Origin: a virus | Taxonomy: Duplodnaviria > Caudoviricetes | Length of the DNA: 56,544 bases | Direction: 5' to 3' (one strand) | IMG/VR virus record: IMGVR_UViG_3300027799_000001 | Span: 1-56,544 of that record | In this document: in pieces, positions 39,324 to 47,930 of the stretch | How the letters are laid out: every line of letters starts with the position of its first letter | Numbering within the stretch: position 1 is the first letter of the stretch | Position numbers and translations under genes: made by a program | Notes under the pieces: model-generated | Told to the model about the DNA's origin: nothing | The model's input: only the letters and a program-made list of their open reading frames with translations | The model's database searches: none

Positions 39324-40445
39324 ATGAACGTTAAATATTTGAAATCAAAAATAGATATTATCGAAGTGGTTGAAAAATATACAGTTATATATAAGGTAGG
39401 GAAAGATTGCAGATGCAAATGCATTTTACACAAAGATTCAAATCCATCTATGCATATCTATGTTGATAATACTTGGTATTGCTTTGGATGTCGTCGCGGT
39501 GGAGATGTTATATCATTTGTTCAACTTGTTGAAAATATTAATTTTACAGAGGCGTGTAAACTACTTGCCCAACAATACAATATTAATATAAGTATATCTG
39601 GTGGAGACTATAAACCATATAATATAGTGTATCCATTGGCTTTAGACGGTACTTGGCATGATTATCTTAGGCGTAGACGTATATCTGATACTACAATCAA
39701 TCAGTGGGGGCTTGGCTATGACTGCAATACATCATCAATATGCATACCAATACGTAATAGTTTCGGTGCAACAATAGCCCACGCCTATAGGTATATTGGA
39801 CATAATAATACAATATCCAAGTACCGTAATGCCAATGGAAATGTGTACAATAAGAGTAGTACACTGTTTGGGTTGGATAAAGCTAAAAAATATATAGACA
39901 CATCTAATTATTGCATTATTGTAGAGGGATATTTTGATTGTATTTCTCTTCATCAAGCCGGAATACGTAATGTTGTAGCTATTTGTGGAGTAGCCTTGAC
40001 TCAACAAATGATAGACATTATTAAAAGACATACCAAGAATGTTGTATTTTGTTATGATAATGATACGGCAGGAATAAATGCAACAGTTGATAGTATAACT
40101 AAGTCTATAGGGCAAGATTTTTGTATTAAAGTTTTAGAGGTGTGTGATTATCATGATATAGACGAGCTTGTTGTTGGGAGTACACCAGAACAATTACATA
40201 AATTTTTGTGTAGTAAAATACATTGGATAGATTTTATGTACAAAAATATGCCACAGAATATTATACAATGTTTATGCAGTGTCGGCGATATATCATATAT
40301 GATTGGATGTGTTGATCGATTGTCAGAAATATCTAATGTGTCTGCAGATATAATTTTTTGTAAAATGATTAAAAAAATAAATAAAACATCACGTTTATAT
40401 AGTGATTTTGTTAAATTTATTAAAAATGGAGGTATCAATGGATAA
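39324..40445 (+). CDS. dnaG: DNA primase (DnaG, CHC2 zinc finger plus TOPRIM)
   Basis: C.LH.D..PS, CFGC..GGD, KY.N, IVEGYFD, YD.D.AG. Confidence 0.95.
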   Translation: MNVKYLKSKIDIIEVVEKYTVIYKVGKDCRCKCILHKDSNPSMHIYVDNTWYCFGCRRGGDVISFVQLVENINFTEACKLLAQQYNINISISGGDYKPYNIVYPLALDGTWHDYLRRRRISDTTINQWGLGYDCNTSSICIPIRNSFGATIAHAYRYIGHNNTISKYRNANGNVYNKSSTLFGLDKAKKYIDTSNYCIIVEGYFDCISLHQAGIRNVVAICGVALTQQMIDIIKRHTKNVVFCYDNDTAGINATVDSITKSIGQDFCIKVLEVCDYHDIDELVVGSTPEQLHKFLCSKIHWIDFMYKNMPQNIIQCLCSVGDISYMIGCVDRLSEISNVSADIIFCKMIKKINKTSRLYSDFVKFIKNGGING

Positions 40446-40710
40446 TTTAATTTATCATTCGACAGATGGGCGTTTTTCAGAAGCCGCATTATTAGAATGC
40501 AAAAATGGTGTATCATTTCTTAGCGATAAAAAACAAATGGATTTGATTTATAACCATGAAACTAAAAAATATACTATAGTTGCAAGTCATTCATTATGCA
40601 ATATATTTGAGAGACGTATTAATTTTGAAGGTCTTGGACAATATGATCTTTTTTGTATTTACAATTTAATAGGTTATTTTATAAGGCAAAATGGTGGTGA
40701 GGTTTTATAA
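40438..40710 (+). CDS. Hypothetical protein
   Basis: GGAGG RBS before ATG at 40438. Confidence 0.55.
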   Translation: MDNLIYHSTDGRFSEAALLECKNGVSFLSDKKQMDLIYNHETKKYTIVASHSLCNIFERRINFEGLGQYDLFCIYNLIGYFIRQNGGEVL

Positions 40711-40712
40711 TA

Positions 40713-42392
40713 ATGGATAGCCAATTAATTGATAATCTTGTTAATGGTTATCATAGAGCCAAATACATAAATTTTATCAAGTATTGTTGGTTGTATACTA
40801 ATCGACCATTTTTGATAGGGTACCACACAAAAATAATATCGGATGAGATCGATTTGGCGCTTAAGAGATACAAAGACGGTCAATCATCTTATTTGATGTT
40901 TTTGTGTTGTTTTAGGTCGGGGAAAACCGAGTTGACATCTCGGTTTTTGCCTGTCAGATTTTTGGCTCAAAATCCAGATGATGAGGTTTTAATAGTATCT
41001 CACAGACAAGATAAAGCTAATCAATTTAGTCGGTATAGCCAAATGATTGCATCTTCTAAAAATTTTAAAAAATTGTATCCAGATTTAGCCATTGGAAAAG
41101 CTTCTGTGCAGGAATGGGGTTTTGATAATCATTTGGGGTCTTGCCAGTATATAGGTATAGATACTGGATCGGCAGGTATGGGGGCTAATCTATTAATACT
41201 TGATGACTATTATGGTGGTATAGAAGATGCGCTATCACAAACTATAGAAGAAAAAAGATGGAACGCATTTAGTTCAAATTTGCTGACCAGGCTTGGCAGT
41301 CCGCATATAGTAGCGATATGTGTTACACCCTGGACTACGTCTGATATAGTTGCACGAATACAACAAGAAATGATTAAAACCAAAGACTATCCGCAATATA
41401 AAATTTTACGATTTCCCGGAATAGATGAGTCATATCCGTCAGGTTATCTTTTCCCTGAAAAATACCCTGAGTCATGGTATATTGCTCAAAAAGCTACCCT
41501 TAGTAAATATGAGTTTCACTCTTTGATGCAGGCACAACCATTACCACGTGACGCGGGTGTATTCAAAACTTCTAAAATTAAATACTATGATGATATAAGT
41601 GATGTTATTGATGACCCAGAGTCAATTATATGGATTAGGGCATGGGATATAGCTGCATCAGTTAAAGAATTAATTAAGAGTGATCCAGACTGGACTGTCG
41701 GCGTCAAAATGTTTGTCAAAAAATATGAAAGCAATGTTGATGGTTACTATGTACACACGGTGTATATAGATGATATAATAAGGGTTCGTTTTGAGGCACC
41801 TGAGCGCGATAGGCTTATACTGAGTACGGCTTTGGCAGAAAGTAATACCATAGTAGGGGTAGAGTCATTTGGGGTTCAGAAGGACGTCTACAGCAACGTA
41901 CGCAAGCTTCTACAGGGCAAACGTATAATACGCAAGTTCCCTGATGGAAAAGATCCTCGTGGAGATTTGTTATCAAGATCGTTTGCTTTACAAACTGCGT
42001 GTGAAAGCGGTAACCTTTATGTCAAACGTGCCGATTGGAACGAGGCTCTAATCAATGAGTTGGCGTGTTTTCCAGGCTCAAAACATGATGATATTATAGC
42101 TGCAATGGTCGTAGGATTTTACGTTGGACAACGTAGCGGAACCGGTGTAGGTGTGATGGTTGACACACACAGTATTGAGGTAGAGCGTGAAAATAAATGG
42201 GGCGTGATATTAGGGCAGATAATCGATGGATATGAGCCTACGATAAGTCAGACGGATTATATACGCTTTGTAAGGTATAGGCTTGTTGAGCATGCTGGTA
42301 AGGAGGAGAATAGTGCGGTGGTAGAGTTGATGAATTCTATCATCAAAAAGTTAGATATAGAATACGATTATGAATCGTTTAAAGTGGTGTAA
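40713..42392 (+). CDS. terL: Terminase large subunit
   Basis: RSGKT Walker A, LILDD Walker B, AWD.A, D.T.G, FP...HDD nuclease motifs. Confidence 0.93.
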   Translation: MDSQLIDNLVNGYHRAKYINFIKYCWLYTNRPFLIGYHTKIISDEIDLALKRYKDGQSSYLMFLCCFRSGKTELTSRFLPVRFLAQNPDDEVLIVSHRQDKANQFSRYSQMIASSKNFKKLYPDLAIGKASVQEWGFDNHLGSCQYIGIDTGSAGMGANLLILDDYYGGIEDALSQTIEEKRWNAFSSNLLTRLGSPHIVAICVTPWTTSDIVARIQQEMIKTKDYPQYKILRFPGIDESYPSGYLFPEKYPESWYIAQKATLSKYEFHSLMQAQPLPRDAGVFKTSKIKYYDDISDVIDDPESIIWIRAWDIAASVKELIKSDPDWTVGVKMFVKKYESNVDGYYVHTVYIDDIIRVRFEAPERDRLILSTALAESNTIVGVESFGVQKDVYSNVRKLLQGKRIIRKFPDGKDPRGDLLSRSFALQTACESGNLYVKRADWNEALINELACFPGSKHDDIIAAMVVGFYVGQRSGTGVGVMVDTHSIEVERENKWGVILGQIIDGYEPTISQTDYIRFVRYRLVEHAGKEENSAVVELMNSIIKKLDIEYDYESFKVV

Positions 42393-42440
42393 TTAGTTGT
42401 TTCACATAATTTTTTGGTTTAAAATCACAAAGGAGTTTTT

Positions 42441-42782
42441 ATGGATAATGAGACAAAGAAATTGTTGATCGAAGAACTTAAGGACAGAAAAGAAGAATTG
42501 TTGGACAAGATATCAGATATAAAAACTTTTTGCAAGGAGCAGCTCGAATGTCATTTTAATGATTTTTTAGATTCTTGTTATCCTACCATAGAGATAGCTG
42601 ATAGGGAGTTTAGGCCAAGCAAAGTTTTAGCTAAACTAGATTCTGTTGCTTATGAAATGGATTTTGAATCGTGGCTTGATGATTTAACCCATAATGATCT
42701 TAAAAAGATTGATATATTTTCCGAATTGATTGAAAAACTTGAAAAAACAGTATCGTTATTAATCACGCTTGAAAAAGAGTAG
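42441..42782 (+). CDS. Acidic hypothetical protein
   Basis: AAGGAG RBS; D/E-rich. Confidence 0.65.
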   Translation: MDNETKKLLIEELKDRKEELLDKISDIKTFCKEQLECHFNDFLDSCYPTIEIADREFRPSKVLAKLDSVAYEMDFESWLDDLTHNDLKKIDIFSELIEKLEKTVSLLITLEKE

Positions 42783-42972
42783 AATTGTAGACATTGCAAA
42801 TTGTTAACCAAAAGTAAAAATGTGATTTGAGTCACGGTCTATAATTAGTCAAGCCATACTAAAGTATGGTTTTGATTATAATCGAACCCTGGGCTTATTA
42901 GGGGCCTTATAGACAATGTTGTATTTAAAACACACTTCAGAGGAAAAATAAAATAAAAATATAAGATTGATC

Positions 42973-43001
42973 TTGACATCTTTTGTGAATTGTTGTATAC
43001 T
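42973..43001 (+). promoter_or_regulatory. Sigma70-type early promoter
   Basis: TTGACA-17 nt-TATACT. Confidence 0.85.
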
Positions 43002-43049
43002 TTTTATATGATGAATTAATAGTTAGACAATATGAACAAAGGAGTCTGT

Positions 43050-43523
43050 ATGAGTACCATGTTAGTAAAAGATTTAGATAAGAATTTAGCCTTACTTACG
43101 AAAGGGATAGAAATTCGAACCACAATGAGAAAGATCGGGTACAGCAACATTGAATATGGTTTCAATTTTCTTTTTGTGAAATATAAAAACAAAAAGAAAA
43201 CACAGATTCTTTCTGTGTTTGGTGGTGAGGATTTGATACCTTTTCTACAAATAGATGTAGTCGGTTACCTGCAAGATAAGAAAGTAATTGAGCTTAAAAA
43301 CAAAAAAGTGCTTGAAGAGGAGGTACCGCCATCTATATGTATCCTTCTCTGGACTCTTTTAATTTCTTCAGCAACGGCGCTAATAAGTGCCTCTTTGGAG
43401 TCATTTGGTTTGAAAGATTTGTCTTTCAATATATGGGTTGTATCGATGATCGAAATGGGTGTAGGTTTGGCGTTAGGCATTGTAATTGATTGGATTTACA
43501 TGTATAAAAACAGAATAAAATAA
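43050..43523 (+). CDS. Membrane protein (two C-terminal TM helices), paralog 1
   Basis: AAGGAG RBS before MSTMLVKDLDK; aligns with 43865-44305. Confidence 0.7.
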   Translation: MSTMLVKDLDKNLALLTKGIEIRTTMRKIGYSNIEYGFNFLFVKYKNKKKTQILSVFGGEDLIPFLQIDVVGYLQDKKVIELKNKKVLEEEVPPSICILLWTLLISSATALISASLESFGLKDLSFNIWVVSMIEMGVGLALGIVIDWIYMYKNRIK

Positions 43524-43526
43524 TTC

Positions 43527-43555
43527 TTGACAACTTTGGCGAATTGTTGTATACT
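43527..43555 (+). promoter_or_regulatory. Sigma70-type early promoter
   Basis: TTGACA-17 nt-TATACT. Confidence 0.85.
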
Positions 43556-43595
43556 TAGATAGTAATAATTACCAACCCTAAAATAGAGGTGACTT

Positions 43596-43817
43596 ATGAT
43601 AACAAATAAAGAAACCTATAAGACAAAATGTGATTATTGTAATAATGAATTTGATATTAAGGATTTGTATTCAACAGGTGGCTCAGAAGTTTTGTGCGAA
43701 GATTGCCTCGATCAAAATTATCCTTTTGAATGCTCAGGATGTGGGGGGCGATATAAAGAGTCTGAAATTACCTTTATAAAAGGATCGGAAGCTTTATGTG
43801 AAGGGTGTAATGTTTAG
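43596..43817 (+). CDS. Small protein with four CxxC motifs
   Basis: CDYC, CEDC, CSGC, CEGC. Confidence 0.7.
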   Translation: MITNKETYKTKCDYCNNEFDIKDLYSTGGSEVLCEDCLDQNYPFECSGCGGRYKESEITFIKGSEALCEGCNV

Positions 43818-43864
43818 TTTTTAGTACAACACTATTGTCAAATTTCATGAACAAAGGAATACGT

Positions 43865-44305
43865 ATGAATACATTGTTAGTGAAAGATTTAGATAAGGAT
43901 CTAGTTTTAGTTCAAAATAACAGCGAAATACAAAAAATAATGGAGGCAATCGGCTACGATAACAATATATACGAATTCGATTTTATTTTCGTCAAAACAC
44001 AAAAAAAACAGATTGTTTCGGTGTTTGGTGGAAAAGGTATTATGCCTTTCGACCTAAAAGAAGTAACAGAGCTTAAAGCCAAGAAAAAAGAGTACCAAGT
44101 TATCAAGGGCGATTATCCATCAGCAGTGCATATACTTATCGGTACATTTTTTGTTTCTTGGTTTACTGGTTTTATAAGCGCTTTTTTCTCGCTATTCTGT
44201 TTAGAAGATCTATCCTTTAAGATATTTATTGTATCGATGATCGAAATAGCCGCCGGATTACTGTTGTCTTTAGTTATTGCTTTAATTGAAATTTTCAAAA
44301 ACTAA
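43865..44305 (+). CDS. Membrane protein, paralog 2
   Basis: MNTLLVKDLDK...DLSF.I..VSMIE. Confidence 0.7.
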   Translation: MNTLLVKDLDKDLVLVQNNSEIQKIMEAIGYDNNIYEFDFIFVKTQKKQIVSVFGGKGIMPFDLKEVTELKAKKKEYQVIKGDYPSAVHILIGTFFVSWFTGFISAFFSLFCLEDLSFKIFIVSMIEIAAGLLLSLVIALIEIFKN

Positions 44306-44316
44306 TAAAATAATTA

Positions 44317-44345
44317 TTGACAGCTTTTGAGAATTGTGATATACT
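44317..44345 (+). promoter_or_regulatory. Sigma70-type early promoter
   Basis: TTGACA-17 nt-TATACT. Confidence 0.85.
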
Positions 44346-44373
44346 TAGATAGTAACAAGCAAAGGATCCGAAA

Positions 44374-44451
44374 ATGAAGCCTTAAAGAATCAGATTAGTT
44401 AACGGAGAGATTGTAATTGTCGATCATGTTCAAGAACAAGAAGATAATTAA
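44374..44451 (+). pseudogene. Remnant of the MKxQxIRL family
   Basis: MKP*RIRLVNGEIVIVDHVQE; TAA where the paralog has Gln. Confidence 0.55.
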
Positions 44452-44461
44452 AGGATATGTT

Positions 44462-44665
44462 ATGAATAATTTAACCGATTGTCCAGTATGTGGTTCTACA
44501 GAAATGAAACGAGTAACTCATAATGAAACCTTCATCTACAAAGGACGTGAAATACAGATTAAAGACTATACAATTTATCAATGCAATAATTGTGGGGAAG
44601 GTTTCGCTGATCCAGAAAGTAGGAAAAAAGAAGAGAGTTTACTTCAAGATGAGCAACTAAGTTGA
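44462..44665 (+). CDS. Stand-alone MqsA/YgiT-type zinc finger
   Basis: CPVCG...ETF.YKG....I......C..CGE; no HTH follows. Confidence 0.8.
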   Translation: MNNLTDCPVCGSTEMKRVTHNETFIYKGREIQIKDYTIYQCNNCGEGFADPESRKKEESLLQDEQLS

Positions 44666-44694
44666 TTTAATAAACACAATTGAGGGAGGCTGAT

Positions 44695-44841
44695 ATGGTT
44701 GTTAATCAAAAGTTAATGTATCATGTCATCAATTTGCGCAACAAAATAACACAAGCAATATCTAACCATAATTATACTTCAGCTAAGGCATTGACACACA
44801 AGTTAGTTACATATTGCAAGAAAAATAAAATCAAAATTTAG
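44695..44841 (+). CDS. 48-aa basic hypothetical protein
   Basis: GGAGG RBS; MVVNQKLMYHVINLRNKI... Confidence 0.55.
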   Translation: MVVNQKLMYHVINLRNKITQAISNHNYTSAKALTHKLVTYCKKNKIKI

Positions 44842-44870
44842 TTAACAATTTCGTTGAAATTGTGTATATT
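44842..44870 (+). promoter_or_regulatory. Sigma70-type promoter upstream of the + strand paralog array
   Basis: TTAACA-17 nt-TATATT followed by TAGATAGTA, as at the 43527 and 44317 promoters. Confidence 0.65.
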
Positions 44871-45093
44871 TAGATAGTACATTGAAAATGGTGTACGTTA
44901 CACATCAACCTGTTACACTAACAATATAACAACATGATAACAAATATTCGAACAGTTGTTATTTGACCGAGACGTTAAAAAGTATAGAAGTGTAGCGTCC
45001 ACCACTAATTTATGTTATTGTATTAACAAATCGACCCTCTTAGGCCCCCGTCAAACTCTTTTTGGCGGGGTTGTGGCAAGTAGTTAAAAGATT

Positions 45094-45328
45094 AAACAAA
45101 GGAGTAGAAAAATGAGAGCAATAGTATTAGATGTATCTGTAGGTACGGAAGAGCATGCAGGTGGTATTATGTGTAGTTTCGATGAGGACTGCGCAAGATA
45201 CATAGGGCAGACTATAGAAGTCCAGCATATGTTTACTGATTGTTTACGATGGTATACCTTGAAAGGAAAATCTACAATTAAGCCTGAAGTAATTTTCCAT
45301 AAAAATTGGTTAGAATTTGTACAATAAA
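45094..45328 (+). repeat. 235-nt inverted repeat, arm 1
   Basis: Reverse complement of 56146-56380; no mismatch seen by eye. Confidence 0.92.
45112..45327 (+). CDS. 71-aa hypothetical protein, copy 1
   Basis: Identical protein at 56147-56362. Confidence 0.8.
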   Translation: MRAIVLDVSVGTEEHAGGIMCSFDEDCARYIGQTIEVQHMFTDCLRWYTLKGKSTIKPEVIFHKNWLEFVQ

Positions 45329-45383
45329 AGTATGTTTATAGTGTATGAGGTGGTCAATAGATTTGTAACAAAGGAGTAGAAAA

Positions 45384-46166
45384 ATGTCGAGAAAATTCAG
45401 AGTGAACGAGAAAGTAAGGAAGTCACCGCCTGAATTCACAAAAGAAAAAAAATGTATAGGTAAAGTTTTAGAATTTGACGACAATGCCTTTTGCAATGGT
45501 TGTTATAAGATTAGGCCCAAAGGTTCTTTTGATTTACTCATGTTTCATGGGTCTTGGCTTGATGATGTGCATGAGGACACTCCTGTAGACGATTTACGTA
45601 CTATTTTAGAGAAAGCAGAAAAGACAAATATAGAAAAATTAGATGAAACACCTATAATGTTTCAGAAATCTTGGCTTGATGAGGTGTATGAGGACACCCT
45701 TGTAGACGATTTACACACTATTTTGGGGAAAACAGAAGAACCAAAGTCAGACTATCACAAAGCAAAATATGACAAAGGAAAATATCAACCAAGATACATT
45801 CCGGTGATAGCTGAAGAGTTGGCGGCCAGGGTGTTTGAGTTTGGCGGTTGTAAAAACTATGGTTTCTTCTCTTTCCAAGATGTACCGGAAGCTATGGACA
45901 GATACATGGATGCACTGAAGCGTCATTATGATGTTCTCATGCTGCATAAACAACAAAATGGAAATTATGATATCAATGAGTCAGAATCACAAATACCAGA
46001 GATAGCTTTTATTCTTTCAAACGCTATGATGCTGGTTCATGTATATGTTAGGGAGGCGGCAAAAGCCAAAGGTATGACAATGAGAGAGTATGTTGATAAG
46101 GAAATTAATCCGGGCATGTTTACTGCTTTTGATGCGGTAAAAGAAAAATATAATACGAAAAGTTGA
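45384..46166 (+). CDS. Fusion: small N-terminal domain plus DUF5664-like dATP/dGTP diphosphohydrolase
   Basis: KYD.GK....IP, A.V.EFG..KNYG, RY.DA..RH, ES; N-terminus paralogous to 55858-56109; internal ~39-aa duplication. Confidence 0.75.
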   Translation: MSRKFRVNEKVRKSPPEFTKEKKCIGKVLEFDDNAFCNGCYKIRPKGSFDLLMFHGSWLDDVHEDTPVDDLRTILEKAEKTNIEKLDETPIMFQKSWLDEVYEDTLVDDLHTILGKTEEPKSDYHKAKYDKGKYQPRYIPVIAEELAARVFEFGGCKNYGFFSFQDVPEAMDRYMDALKRHYDVLMLHKQQNGNYDINESESQIPEIAFILSNAMMLVHVYVREAAKAKGMTMREYVDKEINPGMFTAFDAVKEKYNTKS

Positions 46167-46231
46167 AATTTTTTATACTTTTTTGCACATTTTGTATTAT
46201 ATTTGTAAATAACTTTTAATAAGGAGTAAAT

Positions 46232-46408
46232 ATGATACTTAAAATCATAGTGTATAGTATGTGTGTAGCCTTATTTACAGGTTTGCATATTGCAGCAATA
46301 GTTAAATTTAAACGCTGGTTTAGCTGGCAAAAATATTTACAAATTATAGGCTTAGGTCTTATAGTATTTGCAGTGTCACTATTCACTCTATGTGCTATTC
46401 TTGGATAA
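46232..46408 (+). CDS. 58-aa two-TM protein
   Basis: AAGGAG RBS; MILKIIVYSMCVALFTGLH...SWQKYLQIIGLGLIV. Confidence 0.7.
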   Translation: MILKIIVYSMCVALFTGLHIAAIVKFKRWFSWQKYLQIIGLGLIVFAVSLFTLCAILG

Positions 46409-46417
46409 GGAGTAATT

Positions 46418-46585
46418 ATGGAACTTAAATTCCTTATATCTGTTTTGTGTTTGGCCCTAACTGTGTTTCATACTGTTATTATGTATAACAAACCACTTCA
46501 GATAAATAAACACGTACAAGATTTAAGATGGAGTCTTACTATCTTTTTGCTTTCATTATTAGTATACATTAACGTATCCCAATAA
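46418..46585 (+). CDS. 55-aa two-TM protein
   Basis: AAGGAG RBS; MELKFLISVLCLALTVFH... Confidence 0.7.
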   Translation: MELKFLISVLCLALTVFHTVIMYNKPLQINKHVQDLRWSLTIFLLSLLVYINVSQ

Positions 46586-46591
46586 AATGAG

Positions 46592-46777
46592 TTGTTATGG
46601 AACTCAAAAACATATTTCTTAATATGTGGCATTTTATCTCTTTTAAATCTTGTATTATGCATTGATATACTTTTTGATTTTGATTTTAAAAATTGGAAAG
46701 ATTATTTGCAAAGGATAAGTTTATACTTTGTTATATCAATATTGTTTATAGTCCTACAACATACCAATTTTCAATAA
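46592..46777 (+). CDS. Two-TM protein, possibly frameshifted at the 5' end
   Basis: ATG GAA CTC AAA (MELK) at 46597 is one A out of frame with TYFLICG...NWKDYLQ. Confidence 0.55.
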   Translation: MLWNSKTYFLICGILSLLNLVLCIDILFDFDFKNWKDYLQRISLYFVISILFIVLQHTNFQ

Positions 46778-46788
46778 AGGATAAAAAA

Positions 46789-47337
46789 ATGTGTGAATTT
46801 TTTAGTTTTGTCTCATATAACAATGTTTTTTATTATTTTAATGCCAAGGACAGGGAAAAAAGGTTAGTTCCCAACCCAGATGACCATGAACGAATTTGTA
46901 AGTATTTTAAGATTAATGAATATAAGTGTAATAAATACTCATATATTAGAGGGAAACTTAAAACATATGATAAACAATATAAAGGTGACCACCCCAAAAA
47001 ATTTATTAAAAAGTTAAAACCAAAATTTAGCGAATTATGTTTGGCTGCTGTACAATTTTATGGTTCAAGCATTGGTGGAGTTCCAAACAAATACAGAACT
47101 CCAGAGCTTTGTATGTCATCAGTACAACAAGACGGAAGTGCAGTTTATTATTTGACTTCTAAACAAAGGACTAGATGTGTTTGTTTAGCAGCAATACAGC
47201 AAGACAGTTGGGCTATTGATTACTTAAATGATGAGCAAAGAACGCCACAGGTTTGTGAAGCGGCCGTTAGACAAGATGCATCAGCGGCCGATTTTTTAAC
47301 CAAAGAACAAAGAAAATTTGTAGAGTATTTATTATAA
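46789..47337 (+). CDS. DUF4116-like repeat protein, copy A (4 modules, divergent)
   Basis: Start MCEFFSFVSY at 46789 after AAGGA; 24-aa modules. Confidence 0.85.
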   Translation: MCEFFSFVSYNNVFYYFNAKDREKRLVPNPDDHERICKYFKINEYKCNKYSYIRGKLKTYDKQYKGDHPKKFIKKLKPKFSELCLAAVQFYGSSIGGVPNKYRTPELCMSSVQQDGSAVYYLTSKQRTRCVCLAAIQQDSWAIDYLNDEQRTPQVCEAAVRQDASAADFLTKEQRKFVEYLL

Positions 47338-47352
47338 GAAAAGGAGTAAAAC

Positions 47353-47877
47353 ATGTGCCTTTTTTTTAGCTTTGTATCTTATGACGGCAATTTTTACTAT
47401 ATCAATGCAGAAGATAGAAAAAAGAAGTTACTTAAGAATCCTGACAGTCACACTCAGATATGTACTTTTTTCAAACTTCGGGAGGACATGTGTAATAAAT
47501 ACGAGTATACGAAAGAGAAAGGTTTGGTAATAGATTCCGAAGTTTATGTAGGTGATGATGTTGAAGGATTTATAAAGAAAACACTTCCAAAATTAGTAAA
47601 AATAGCTATTGTGACAGTGGTGAATTACGGTAAAGGCATTACCTTTGTTCCAGAAGAAGCACGTACATCAAAGTTTTGTTTAGCTGCAGTGAACCAAAAT
47701 GGTTCTGCTGTTGTTCATTTAACTGAAAAACAAAGAACTTCAAAGATTTGCCTTGAGGCTGTTAAGCAAAATGGGAACGCAATTTGGCACTTAACTGAAA
47801 GCCAAAAAACGCCAAAGGTTTGCCTTGCTGCAGTACTACAGAATAAAGATGCTTATAATTATCTGACTGATTCTTAG
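47353..47877 (+). CDS. DUF4116-like repeat protein, copy B (4 modules; premature TAG in the C-cap)
   Basis: TAG at 47875 aligns with CAG in copy I; KKRVDLALENKKQ continues in frame after it. Confidence 0.85.
   Translation: MCLFFSFVSYDGNFYYINAEDRKKKLLKNPDSHTQICTFFKLREDMCNKYEYTKEKGLVIDSEVYVGDDVEGFIKKTLPKLVKIAIVTVVNYGKGITFVPEEARTSKFCLAAVNQNGSAVVHLTEKQRTSKICLEAVKQNGNAIWHLTESQKTPKVCLAAVLQNKDAYNYLTDS
47706..47868 (+). repeat. 163-nt inverted repeat shared by copies B and I
   Basis: Reverse complement of 56418-56453 joined to 1-127. Confidence 0.88.
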
Positions 47878-47930
47878 AAAAAAAGAGTAGATTTAGCATT
47901 AGAAAATAAAAAACAGTAGAAAGGTAGAAT

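Noticed and set aside
42870-42900. tRNA suggested by GGTTCGA on the - strand
   Set aside because: No T-stem closure, acceptor stem or cloverleaf could be built
45384-46166. 2-aminoadenine (Z) genome pathway
   Set aside because: No PurZ-like synthetase or dedicated DNA polymerase seen; DUF5664 alone is insufficient
47875-47877. TAG-to-Gln stop codon reassignment
   Set aside because: An isolated case; core genes are full length under the standard code and several end properly at TAG, so a nonsense mutation is simpler
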